A DNA stretch of 64,000 nt from the human T2T-CHM13v2.0 reference genome, Homo sapiens, in assembly GCF_009914755.1 (NCBI RefSeq), contig NC_060933.1, one strand, 5' to 3'. A program made the position numbers and the translations under genes. The first letter of the stretch is position 1; each line of letters opens with the position of its first letter. Below the pieces are notes generated by a model. It worked only from the letters and a program-made list of their open reading frames with translations, was not told the DNA's origin and did no database searches. Positions 1 to 11,590 of this stretch are shown one piece after another.

Positions 1-491
1 CCAGGCCTTGGGCAGGTTATGAACTTCTCTGGGCCTCATTTCCACCATCTGTAAAAAATGAAGAAGATAATACTACTGACCTCATCTGGTTATTCCACAA
101 CTCCCTACAAAGAATCTCAAAAAGGTGTCAGAAAGAACGGGGCACATGATTGATAGCACTGATAGGACATCATTTGTGGTCTTATTTCTTTGGAGCATCG
201 TAGGTGACTTTGCATCTCCATGGTTTTTCCAGTATGTGATTGGTCTGGCAGGCATGGGCCCGACACAGTCAGTTCCTGTGTTCTGAGGTTTTCTCGCCAG
301 GGCTGATTCTACTATAGCACACTGGGGTGATAAAGGCTTGGGGTGGTGGCACCCCAGGGGCCACGTAAGTATCATTTTTTAGTTACCAGCAAGTGCCTCC
401 TTTACTTTACTTAAAAACATGGCTCCCCTATTTCTGAATATGACCAGAATTTTTGGTAGGTTAGTAACAGAAAATTGAGGAAGATGAAAGT

Positions 492-697
492 GAGACCAGC
501 CTGAGCAACATGGTGAAACCCCATCTCTACTAAAAATACAAATATTGGCCAGGCATGGTAGCTAATCCCAGCTACTTGGGTAGCTGAAGCATGAGAATCA
601 CTTGAACCCTGGAGGTGGAGGTTGCAGAGAGCAGAGATCGTGTCCAGCCTAGGCAACAGAGCAAGACTGTCTCAAAAAAAAAAAAAAAAAAAAAAAA
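492..697 (+). mobile_element. 5'-truncated Alu with internal deletions
   Basis: Begins at gagaccagcctgagcaacatggtgaaacccc; right arm and poly(A) tail present. Confidence 0.9.
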
Positions 698-1016
698 GAA
701 GTGATGATCGATGCAGGAAATCCATTGTAACAACTTGAAATGTTCACCAACAGTACTTGGTACCAGGCATTTCAAGAGTTGTAATGCTTTAACTACTTTC
801 CCTAAACCATGGTGAGCACTGGATAAGTTATGTCAAATGGCACTTTGCTAAAAGCGGAGTGTCAGGCTTGTGGGCTGAAGTGGGAAAAGAAGAATCATAT
901 CTGCAGTGAGCCCATTTTCAGGTCAGTTACAAAATGAGAATATTGATGGCTCACCAGGCTTTTGAAATCACATGGCAGCTGCACTTAAGGATGTGTTATT
1001 TATTCTCTTTCAACTG

Positions 1017-1496
1017 TCATATTTCTGTGATTCTAAGACATATATTTTTTACATTTTATCATCTCGGAAATCAGATGCATCTTATAATTTGTGGCAGTTT
1101 ACAACTGCTTTTGACCAGAAAACTGATGTGATATCAGTGTTACTGCCCAGATATGAGAGTTGGATGCAGAGACATCTGTTCAACCGAGTTAGGCACATGA
1201 CTACTTCTTCTTGTGTTGAATTTAATTCTTCTTCTTGTGTTGAATTTAATTGCCGTTCTAAAGAGGTTTGAAAATTAAACTATTGTTCAATATTCGAAGG
1301 AAAGATTCTTGCATAAGCATGGAAACAAAACAGAATGTTACATAAGTATAACAAATACTTTTAATAAGTCTAAAATTAAAATTCTAATTGATAAGACAAT
1401 ATTGTGTCACAGTTTAATATGAAGCATCTTTTCCTTTGTGTTACTTAAAATGATGGTGCATCTTAAATCTTGTGTCTTAGATTCAATGAAATATGG
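1017..1496. mobile_element. TcMar-Tc2 DNA transposon relic (MER104/Kanga-like)
   Basis: Imperfect terminal inverted repeats tcatatttctgtgattctaagaca / tgtcttagattcaatgaaatatgg, followed by TA. Resembles the recalled MER104 termini. Confidence 0.7.
1204..1251. repeat. Perfect 24-bp tandem duplication
   Basis: cttcttcttgtgttgaatttaatt occurs twice (1204-1227, 1228-1251). Confidence 0.95.
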
Positions 1497-1847
1497 TATA
1501 AATGACTGTATACTCTCTGCTCTAGGTATCTCAAAGAAGACAAATTTCTTGCTTGTGTTATTAATTGATTTCTAATTTATTCTTTTTCTAATCTTTTTTT
1601 TTTTTTCACAAATGGATACCAATTACATTTACCATTGGACTGCAATGTCTCTCCTCTCCTTGAAAAACAATGCGGTTGACTGAAATCACTTTGGGTGGAC
1701 CAAATTTCCTCCTGTTGACTACTCCTGAATGATCTCTTCCAATTCCCCAAATCTGCCTCTCTGGCCAATCACAACCTTCTTCCATGTGTGTACATCATGC
1801 TGCTCTCGTCTTCAACTCCCCTTCTCTCTTGCTGACTTCTGGAAAAG

Positions 1848-1963
1848 CAACGGAAGAGTCCTGGGCGGAAGGAGGCTTCTGTATGCTTGTGAAAAAGAAC
1901 AATCTGTGCCAACGGAAGGTTCTTCAACAACTTTGCTGCAAAACATGTACATTTCAAGGCTGA
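1848..1963 (+). CDS. PCSK5: PCSK5 isoform A (PC5/6A) alternative last coding exon (exon 21A); C-terminal PLAC-type Cys domain and stop
   Basis: Acceptor AG at 1846-1847 after the pyrimidine tract cttctctcttgctgacttct. Phase-1 entry (G|CA) reads (A)TEESWAEGGFCMLVKKNNLCQRKVLQQLCCKTCTFQG then TGA at 1961-1963, which matches the PC5/6A C-terminus as I recall it. Confidence 0.96.
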
Positions 1964-4500
1964 GCAGCCATCTTAGATTTCTTTGTTCCTGTAGACTTAT
2001 AGATTATTCCATATTATTAAAAAGAAAAAAAAAAGCCAAAAAGAAAAAAAAAAAAAGCAAGCCACCTCTCTCTTTCTTTTCTTGCTCTCTTTTTCTTTCT
2101 CTCTCTCTCAAGTTTGTGCAGGGAGATGGTGAACTGTTTTGTCAGAACTTAAATGGAAAAAAAAATAAAACTACAACAAGCCTACCTTTTATAACTGGGT
2201 GTTTAGTGCTAAACAGCCAGAACCACAGAGACAGTATTGTATGACCAAAGCATTTGATGCCAAAATTTGACGTTAAAGTAATGATTTGATTTCCTGCCCT
2301 GGTTTTGAAGGTCCATTTTTTTCCCTTTTGCATTGACTTGCTTGTTTCCCCTTTGAAACACCTAAAAATACCTTTCCAAAACATCGCGAGAGCATACATA
2401 GACAAAAATGAAATAGAAAGCTCTTGCATGCTTGAGTCCACCATTGGGGGAAATGACAGAAAACTGGACCTGAGGGCATTAGGAACATCCTACAGAGTTG
2501 TGTTTAGTGTCGTTTGCCATGGTATTTCACAGTGAAACATGGATACTCTCCACACATCATTTACTTCATGCTGTGTACTTATGTACTGGTTTTTGCATTT
2601 TACTCACTTGATAAGTCTGCTCCACTGGTTTCATCAGATAGACTTGCTGCTACTGGCTTTTCCATTGTAGATTGGGTTATTTTACACGCAGTTCGCCAAA
2701 TGGGATTGCTCTGTATAGTCAAATTGGTGATGGACAGATGGACAGAATGCAGAGGTACATAGATGAGCTGAGGCTGATCCAGCTCCCCTGAAATTCAGAG
2801 TGTTAACTTTGTAGACCCTGCACAATCTCTTGGTGCTATCTAGCCATTACCCCCATTTTTTTTTTAAAGGCCATCTGAAATTCCATTTGTCATGGTGGGA
2901 AGCATTTTGGATATGATGCAGGAAATCTCTTCCTGGAGTCAAAAGTTCCCAAGAGGTCCTGTATTTTTAAGAAATGGAATTTATTTAAATAATATTTAAG
3001 CTTGTGCCCATGTTGGCCGGGCAACTTTTTTCAATGGTGCTTATTAGAAGAAGTTTTTTCATCTTGTCATTTTAAGAAAATAAAACTGGAAATTGAATAT
3101 GGGTGGCATGATTGTACCCTTTTAGTTCTCTTATTTTTCTACTCCTCTGTCCCTCTATAACTATGCCATACTATTATATGCTGGTCCACTGAATGCTGAG
3201 ATGATCTGTTTTTTGGGGTTTTTTTTTTTTAAGAAATATTTTCACTGGTTTTCTGTGACTCTCTAAACACTTCATCGAAACTAGAAGACTGAATTATGAG
3301 GAAACTATTTGGATTAGTGGCCAGAAACGATGAAATCTTATAGATCTTTTGACAGTTTCTCTGTTTAGGGGAGCCTAGACTGATATCAAGTTTCTTCATA
3401 TCAAAGCTTCATTGGTGACCTCATTTGCTTTACAAGTGACCAGCCATCTTGCAGGCTTCATGCTTCTGAGAGCCTTACTTAGAAGATGCTGCTGGAGTCA
3501 CAGCTGAGGAGAGGAATACTGTCAACATGGACTATCCTGGGAAAGAGCTAGGAAGTAGATGCTGAGGTCCCCATCCAAACAGCAAGCTAGGAAAAAGCCT
3601 GCCTTGAAAATATTTCTAGACATCAAAGATAACTTACAACCCAAAGTGAATAATAAGTAAATAGTCTGATGACCCTCTTAATAGCATTGCAATTGTATTG
3701 AATCACATAATGATTCATAAGTAACTAGGGAACCAACTGATTTTGCTAAGCAGTCTTCCCCTTATAACACCACAGGCCCTTCTGACACACAAAAAAATGA
3801 AAGTTAATCCTGGGTACAGCATACAGTTTTACATTTAAACGCACAGTCTTACGTGGACAAATGCAAGCACAAGCCTAAAGCAAGGTCAAGCAGATGGCAA
3901 AACCGAATTTGCCTGCAAAGAAATCTATTTAACTGAATCAGCCCATAATATTTGAGGCACGAGGTTACTGTGATTGATAGGAAAGATAAAAATGATGTCT
4001 GTTTTTGTAGACGAATAACCATCAACATGACAACAAAATTCATTGGGGTCTACCAGCGTGCATTCCATTTCCCACTGACCATGCAGGTGCACGTCGCGGA
4101 AATACTGGTTTAACTACTAGTGTGTTACTGCCTCATTTATCTACATAACATTATTAACTAGAACATAATGCTTTCAAAGTTTAAGTTAATGTTATATATT
4201 ATGTATAAATATATATATTCATAATGAGATATATGTAATGGATAGTACAAAGTTTGGAGACTCAACAAATGCTCTAACCTTCTAGAGACAAAAGTCCTAT
4301 TTCTGTTTTCTTTTGTCTTTTTATTTTCAATTAGTGACCCATTGTTAAATCCAAATCCACTTTTACTGAAAAATACTGTACATGTGTAAAATGTTCAGTT
4401 GTTTTTTTGTAAAATATAGTAGAACGGTTGTAACTGATACTGGCCAAAATCAATGTTATTCCATATTTTATTTTTTCTATTAAATTAACCTAAGTTCCTG
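1964..4500 (+). other. PCSK5: 3' UTR of PC5/6A mRNA (3' end approximate; several candidate poly(A) sites)
   Basis: Follows the stop codon. AT-rich with no recognisable transposon for ~2.5 kb. Contains an ARE, miRNA seed matches and poly(A) hexamers at 2016, 2164, 3079 and 4479. Confidence 0.75.
3079..3084 (+). terminator. Candidate proximal poly(A) signal AATAAA in PC5/6A UTR
   Basis: Canonical hexamer with T-rich downstream sequence at ~3110-3150. Confidence 0.4.
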
Positions 4501-4516
4501 TTTATTTGATCTGTTC
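4377..4516 (+). terminator. Likely distal cleavage/polyadenylation site of PC5/6A (intronic for PC5/6B)
   Basis: ATTAAA at 4479-4484, preceded by four TGTA (CFIm) motifs at 4377, 4385, 4408 and 4429, and followed by GT/T-rich sequence (gttcctgtttatttgatctgtt). Confidence 0.6.
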
Positions 4517-5284
4517 ATACCCACGTATAAACTTCTCTGAAAGGGTAAGGTCATGAGAAACTTCCCTGTTTCTACATAGAAGCTGCATATGAAGGAAAGG
4601 GTGGAGGTGCATGAAACATCTAAATAAAGTTGGAAAAGAAAGAGTGAGCAGAGGAGGGAATTGAGAAGGAGTGAGAAACAGCAATGTAAGAAAGGAATGG
4701 GTTAGATTTGGTCATGAATATATATTAAATACCATCTTTAGAAAGCAAGGCTGTGAAAAAAAATCCATAAAGGCTTGGTATTGTTTCTATCAGATTGTAC
4801 AGATGCTGGACCCCAGAACAGGGCCCACCTGGTCCCATTCTTCCTGTAGTGCGCAGCACACCCACTAGTATGTGTCTGTAGGGTTAGGAGCCATGGCTGG
4901 GGGCAAGGAGGTAGGCAGTGTAAAAGCTGTTAAAGAGGAAGGTGGCTTTGTTCAATTTGCTGACATCTTGCGTAAAGTCGGCATTGGCTGGATGTCTAGA
5001 AGATGATTTTTGTCTAAAATAAATCTCCGGTACATACCAGGGGGTGGGACTGAACGAGCTAGCTAAAAACAGCAGCGGAGTATAGATCTTTCTGAACCGT
5101 GCCTGAGATGCAATTACTAGTCTTAAAGGTTCAGTGCTCTGCCTTTTGGGGAAAAGAAATTGTAAACCAGCCAAAGCCACAAACAAATTGAGCTCCAACT
5201 AGGTTTAAAGATCTGGAGATAACAACCAGGTATGAGAAAGAGCCTCTACTGCTTTGAAGTCCCATTATAGGGATGGAGAGAAAT

Positions 5285-5480
5285 TAATTTTATTGATCAC
5301 TTACTATGTACTACACAATGTGAGAATATAGAGTAGGTATATACACACTGATGTGGATATGTTCTCTCTCAATTTTCAGAAGGACTCCTCTAGAGGTGAA
5401 TGTATTATCCTCCATTTACACATGAGAAAACTGGGCCACATAGACTTGAAACAAATTGATTGAGATTCCATATCCAGATT
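5285..5480 (-). mobile_element. MIR SINE fragment
   Basis: tttattgatcacttactatg...attatcctccatttacacatgagaaaactg resembles the reverse MIR core. Confidence 0.6.
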
Positions 5481-7700
5481 CATAATAATAATACAATTTA
5501 ACATTAAGACAATTAACAGCAAGTAGTACATGCCAAATCTCAAATGAGTGGTACACTGAGTTGTTAAGTTCAGAACAGGCAGAGATTCCTTTGAATTGGA
5601 CTGGTCAGTTCCCTAAAGCAGGTAGAGCTAGAATTGGTCCCTGAAGCATGGATGAGTCTTACCTGGGAAGACAGGAAGAGAGCGGGAAGAACATTACCAA
5701 TGAACTTGCTCCAGTTACCAGTGAACTTGCTGCATACAAGGTGCTTAGGGAAGTAAGATGTTCTCATGGTTTTAATCTAATTATCTATTGCTACAAAGAA
5801 CAGTGATTCAAAATTTGGTGGTTTAGTCCAGAAAAATCTACATTTGTACACCTTGTAGAAGAAGGATAGTGTGTCCATTCTGAATCCCCACATCCATGGG
5901 AGACTGCTAATTATCACTCACTTTCCACTCCAGTTATCAGAGGCTTGTCACACTGCTGATCTCTTCTACCAGATTCATTATTTTCCGCTGAATAAGCTAC
6001 CCTTCATTTTTAAAGAACTTACAAACTGAGTACTTGGTAAAGAAGGGGAAGTGATTGCTATAGTAACTACTAAAGTTTCTCAATCAAAGTGATCAATACT
6101 TGCAACATATCTGAGTATGGAAATAAATACATAACATCTTATCCCCCTCATGTAAAAAGAATGTCATGCCGCTAAAATATAAAATAGACATTCATTCTTA
6201 ACAGCTTCCATATTATCATTCAGCCTTGCACAGAGAGAGCAATGGCAGACGGCAATGTGTTGAACAGAAATTGCATATTGGAGGCAATTTTAAACTATGG
6301 CTCAGCCAATTTAATACCCCCTCCTTCTGTCCCCAACCACAAGATGGTAGAGGTGGAACAGAGGACAGCTGCAGTGTGACCTCACCCAGCCCAGGGCCCT
6401 GCGCCCAATATGTGTAGAAGACGGCACAGATCTTCTTCTCTTCTCTGGTGAACATCCCTTTCTAAATGTTATGTTTGTTGCAGACTCATGAAATCTGAAG
6501 TTTTCACACAGAATACTTTAGAGCCTTTGACATATTTAGCAGGGCATAGCCAAGGTGGACTTAATTTCACTGTAGCTCATTAGAACTACTTGGCACCTAG
6601 AAATGGGGCTAATCTGTATAATCCTGTCTCCTCTTCATCACTAGAGGTGAAGATCAGGTCCAGATTCAGTTATTGAGCAATAAAGATGCAGTTATGCAGC
6701 CTCACTACGTTTCAGCGGACCAGAATGTGACCTGGGATGGCCAGCACTCCTTCCCGTTCTCTACCTCCAAGGGACTTACAAGGACAGTTTGACTGGCTTA
6801 TTACCAAAGGACTTTCTTACAAGGTCTCTTCTCTAAAGGACCATTGTTGGATCCAGTTGTGGTTTTTTTAGGGCCAGGTGTCAGGCAACAAAAGATATTT
6901 TGTATCCCACTTTCTAGAAAATTCCAGAAACGTTCCCTGAGGCTTGAGTTGTAAGATCTTTTACTTTTTTCATTTTAGAAAACAGTACATTATTTTAAAA
7001 ATACAGTGTTTTAAGCTTCACAGAGTTTTACTAAAATGGATTTATTTAATTTGGCCCACACAAAAATCAGGCCGATAGACATTCATTTTCTGATGCAAGA
7101 GGCACAGCTAGTTAAGGGGTGTGGCTGGGACTCAAGCCCACAGCTTCAACATTCTGTACAACACTGATTCCTTTTTAAGAGTGCTGGAGAAAAGCAAGTC
7201 CACATCACATATGTTGCAAGGCAAGGGGGTAAGAGCCTTTTCTCAAGTGAAGATAGAAAGCACACTGTGTGCCTGGGCTTGACTTTTTCTCATTCCAAAA
7301 GAGTTGCTTCCATAAATAAATATTATTGAGTCCCCGCCACAAACTAGGTTCTGAGTGTTCTCTTGCCCTCTTCAAACTTATAGTCTAATGAGGGAAACAG
7401 ACACTTAGACATAAAACACATGGTTACAATGTGAATCCGTTTAAGTGCCTTTAAAGGGTATAAAATATTGTCAGGAGTCAAAGGAGCAAGCTCACTTCAC
7501 TAATCACGTGCTAAGGTTCCATGCCCTTGCACTACAAGCTTCCCAAGGACTTCCAAAAATAGCATGAAACCTTAAAAATGGAGTTGACTCTAAAATGTAC
7601 AAATAAAACTGCAAAGATCAAAATCAAATGATATCTTTATTAAATATCTACAAAGTGGATCATGTCAAACTAGTCCACTGCAACTAAGAAAGTATACTTA

Positions 7701-8033
7701 CAGCCATTGTCACTTGACAGCAGGGATATGTCTGAGAAACGCATCCTTAGGTGATTTTGTCATCATGCAAACATCATAGAACACACTTACACAAACCTAG
7801 ATGGCATAGCCTACCACCCACCTAAGCTATATGGGATGGCTTATTGCTTCTAGGCCACAAAGCTGTACAGCATGTTACCGTACTGAATACTGCATGCAGT
7901 TGTAACAAAATGGTAAGTATTTGTGTGTCTAAACATAGAAAAGGTATGGTAAATATATGGTATAATCTTATGGGACCACTGTCATATATACAGTCTGTTA
8001 TTGACCAAAACGTCATTATATGGTACATGACTA
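7701..8033 (-). mobile_element. Tigger3/MER7A (Golem) non-autonomous DNA transposon
   Basis: TA-flanked; contains acacaaacctagatggcatagcctac and ataatcttatgggaccactgtcatatat, typical of MER7A. Confidence 0.85.
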
Positions 8034-8319
8034 TAATTAATGTTAATGTAGAATAAAGGTGAATTTTAATATGCTTGATATGATGTGAGACCTGCAGAGA
8101 TTGGAGAATCTAGGATCTTGAGAATCTTCATAGCCCTGCAAAGGAGGGAGGAAGTCACTATTCACCCTCTAGGGAACAGAAAAGAGGAGAGAGAGATATG
8201 TCCTATCCTTGGTGGTGGTCAGGGAGGTCACTGGGGTGGGGCGTGGAAGGGCAGCGTACGGGACTGCAATATGTGGATGTCTTCCTGGATATCATCCTCA
8301 CTTCTTCCCTGTGCCTTCT

Positions 8320-9205
8320 ACACTCTCTCCAAGGAGATCTTTGTCAATCTCATGGTTTTAAATACCATCTATATGCTGATGACTCTTAAAATATATATAG
8401 ATTCCTGATCTCTTCCCTCAAGATTCACACCTGTAGATTCAATTAACTACTTGACATTTCCCTTCAGCTGTCTAATAGGCATCTCAAAATTAACACGTCC
8501 AAAATAGACTTCAGACACCCCAACCCCCTGACCATCTTTACCACCAAATCTCTCCCACCTCAGTAAATGGCATTCACTGTATTTCCAAATATATCTCTAA
8601 ATGGTCTACTTCTGCCCACTCCATAGCTGTGACTGTGGCCAAACCACCATTGTTGCCATCCCAGACTGCTGCAACAGCCTCCGAACCAGCTCCCAGACTT
8701 CTCCCTCTCCTCTCCTATTTTCTCTCCTTTCCCTAATCAGTTCCCTACACAGCATAGTGCCATTACAAATGGAAAATCAGATTTCATCTCTGTTTACTGA
8801 GCATAAAATCTGAACTCCTTACCTGAGATCTTTGTGCTGTCACCTCACACCACCATCCCCCATGCCCTCACATGTTCTAGTCATGCCAACTTTCTTTTCA
8901 TCCTTCAAACAAAACCAGCTTGATTGGGACCCAGGACCCTTGCCCTTCACATGGCTGGCTTCTTCTCATCCCACAGGTCTCAGTTCAAAAATAACTTCCT
9001 CTGAGCAGTTCCTTCCACCACTGACCCCACACCTGCCCACCTCGTTTTGACTTTCCATAGCACTTACCACATGACATTTTATGGTTCGTTACTTATTGTC
9101 AGCCAGCCCCGTGAGAGCTGGTGCTTCATCTGTCTTGTTCACAGCTGTATCTTACATGTCCAGCACATGCCTAGCTTAAGAAATATTTGTGGAATGAATG
9201 AATAA
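8320..9205 (+). mobile_element. L2 LINE 3' fragment retaining the RT YADD codons
   Basis: catggttttaaataccatctatatgctgatgactc (YHLYADDS; YADD at 8372-8383); ends in the L2 tail aaatatttgtggaatgaatgaat. Confidence 0.8.
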
Positions 9206-9550
9206 GAAAACATCCGAGAGAAGTGACATTTGACCTGGGCCTTGAAGGATAAGCAAGAAATTAAAAATCAAAGAAGGTTATGATGTTTAAGAAGGATATT
9301 CGAGAGAGAGAACCTGAGCAAAGGCACAAAGCCATTGAAAGGGTCCTGTGGACGGCGATCACTTGGAGGCCCAGGCAGGGGATGAGCAGGGCAGGCAGCT
9401 TGGGAGAAAGGATGGAGAGATGAGTGGGGTCAACCGGTAAAGAACCTTCGCTGGACTGTTTCCCTTCCTCCACCCTCTTGTCATCAATGTCATCAACCCT
9501 CTTTTCAGAGAGGCTAATTGATTTGCCCAAGGACCCCATCAAGTCAACTC

Positions 9551-9565
9551 TTGGCCTCCTGCCAA
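9551..9565. promoter_or_regulatory. Perfect NFI full site
   Basis: TTGGC-CTCCT-GCCAA = TTGGC(N5)GCCAA. Motif only; function not shown. Confidence 0.4.
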
Positions 9566-10739
9566 CATATTTGAGAAGCATTCACTCAGACAGAATGCTG
9601 AGGCGGCCAGATTTGCTCAGTCCCCAGGCACTGATGGCTGTATTGAGCCAGTTGAACGAAAGAACAGGGTGCAAGCTCACATGAGAGGCAGCAGCCCACA
9701 GCTTCTGTTCACCGTGATGTCCACAGTCAGAGCAACAATTTGGCAAGGCCTGTTTGCAAAACTGGACTTGGGACCATAAGCCTGCTCAGTACCATCTTTT
9801 TCTCCTAAGAGAAGATCCCCTAGCCCTCTAAACTGTCATCACCAGAGAAGAACAAAAGGAAAAAACATGATGTGCTAGCACTTCCCTTCCCTAACAATGA
9901 AAACAGTAACCCCCATATGCGGAGTACTTCCTATATGCTGAGCTAAAGGCTTCATATGGGTTATTTAATTCAGTACTTCCAATAGCCTGATTCTATCTCC
10001 ATTTTACAAATAAGGAAACAGATGAGGTAAATGCCTAAGGTACTCCAGTGGTAGATAGAAGGTCTGGGATTAATTTAAACCCAGACAATCTGATATCAGA
10101 GCACCCACAAGGAGAAATACAAGAGCCAAGGAGGATTCCATCAAAACAAGCTTCACGCTATGATTGTGGAGTGTGCGACGGGTTTCTATATTTTAGCTGG
10201 TGCTGTCAGGTCCCAGGTGCATGTTATTAATGTCCACCCAGGAGTACACACTGTGGCTACATCATGCTTTGTGTGAACAAGGCAGGAGTCAATATTTGAT
10301 CATTAAAGTTAGTAACAACCAATGGGCCATATGGACAAAATCAAAATGGACCTAAGGTAAATGAGGCAGTGGCTGTTACAAAGAAATGGGGATATGATGA
10401 CATGACACTTCCTTTCATAATTTCTTTGTAAAGAGGCTATTGTTTGCATTCTCTAGCCCAAGTTGAAATGAAGAAGAAATAAAATGGAGTTATTGGGAAC
10501 ATTAGAAGAAACATTAGCATGCTGAAAGTTAATACAAATACTTAATACAAATTCTGTGAGCTCCTTTGACAAATCTGGTGAAACAAATTCTTTCCAGGTG
10601 ATATTAAACAGGATTTCTTGCCACCGAAATCACAATGGTTGCAATATAATAAAAGCTAAACTATGAAAAAAGTAAGGCTTTTTATTATATATAGGAATAT
10701 AATGTTTAATTGTTCTATGTTATCAGAAGAGCCACAAAT

Positions 10740-11590
10740 ATGGCAGAAACCGGAAGTCATCTTGAACATCTCCTTCGTCACTCCCACATCAGATCCAACA
10801 CCAAGTCAAGACAGTTCTACCTCCCAAATCTCCCAGATCCACTTTCTGTTCTTCATCTCTTCTGCCCCTATCCTAGTCTAACACTTTGGATCAAGCTACT
10901 TCTCACCTGGGATATTGCAGTATCTCCTCATTAGCCTCCCTGAACACACCCCATCTGTCCACAGTCATGTGTCTTCATCTTCATCTCCTATTCCATTTTC
11001 CACAACAGCCAGAATGCTCTTTTTAAAAATTCAAAGCTCAGCATGAGACTCCACTCCCCTGTGACTTCCCAGTTCCCTAGGATAAAATTGAAATTCCTTT
11101 CCACGGCCTTGAAGGCCAGGGTCAATCTGACCCACCTCTCCTCTCTAAACTTAGCTCACAACATTCTCTTCTTCCCCAAGTATTTTGCTGCCACATTTAC
11201 TTTCCCTGATTCTTCCATTCTGCCCTGCACCCTAGAACACCCCCACACATCACTCCCCCTCCTTTAATGTTATCTCACCCGAATCATCTATCGTCTGGGC
11301 CTCAGTTTAAATGTCACCTCTTTGATTCCTGATCCTTAACAGAGAAGGTTAGATCTCCTTAGTGTAAGCTTTCTAGGAAGCCTCTACATTTCTTTTATAT
11401 TAATTTTATGATAAATATCTAGTTACTTGTAGGAATATTTGTCTAATATATGTAATTCTCACTACATAGTTTGTTTGATGGGGGCAAAGTCTGTAAATGC
11501 CTTATATGTCGTGAACCTGGTAAAATATCTTGTAGAGAAGGTGCTTGATAACTGTTATGGATAGTTGAAAAAAATGAATGAATGAATAAT
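10740..11590 (+). mobile_element. L2 LINE 3' fragment
   Basis: L2-like pyrimidine-rich body ending gttgaaaaaatgaatgaatgaat. Confidence 0.7.
11119..11133. promoter_or_regulatory. Perfect palindromic estrogen response element
   Basis: GGGTCA-ATC-TGACCC. Motif only. Confidence 0.45.

Noticed and set aside
1729-2244. 171-aa ORF overlapping exon 21A
   Set aside because: Different frame from the real CDS. Its length is inflated by poly-A and CT low-complexity tracts, it starts in the intron, and it resembles no protein I recognise.
8198-8389. ORF ending in YHLYADDS, resembling a reverse transcriptase
   Set aside because: Decayed L2 fragment; stop immediately after the motif, not a functional RT.
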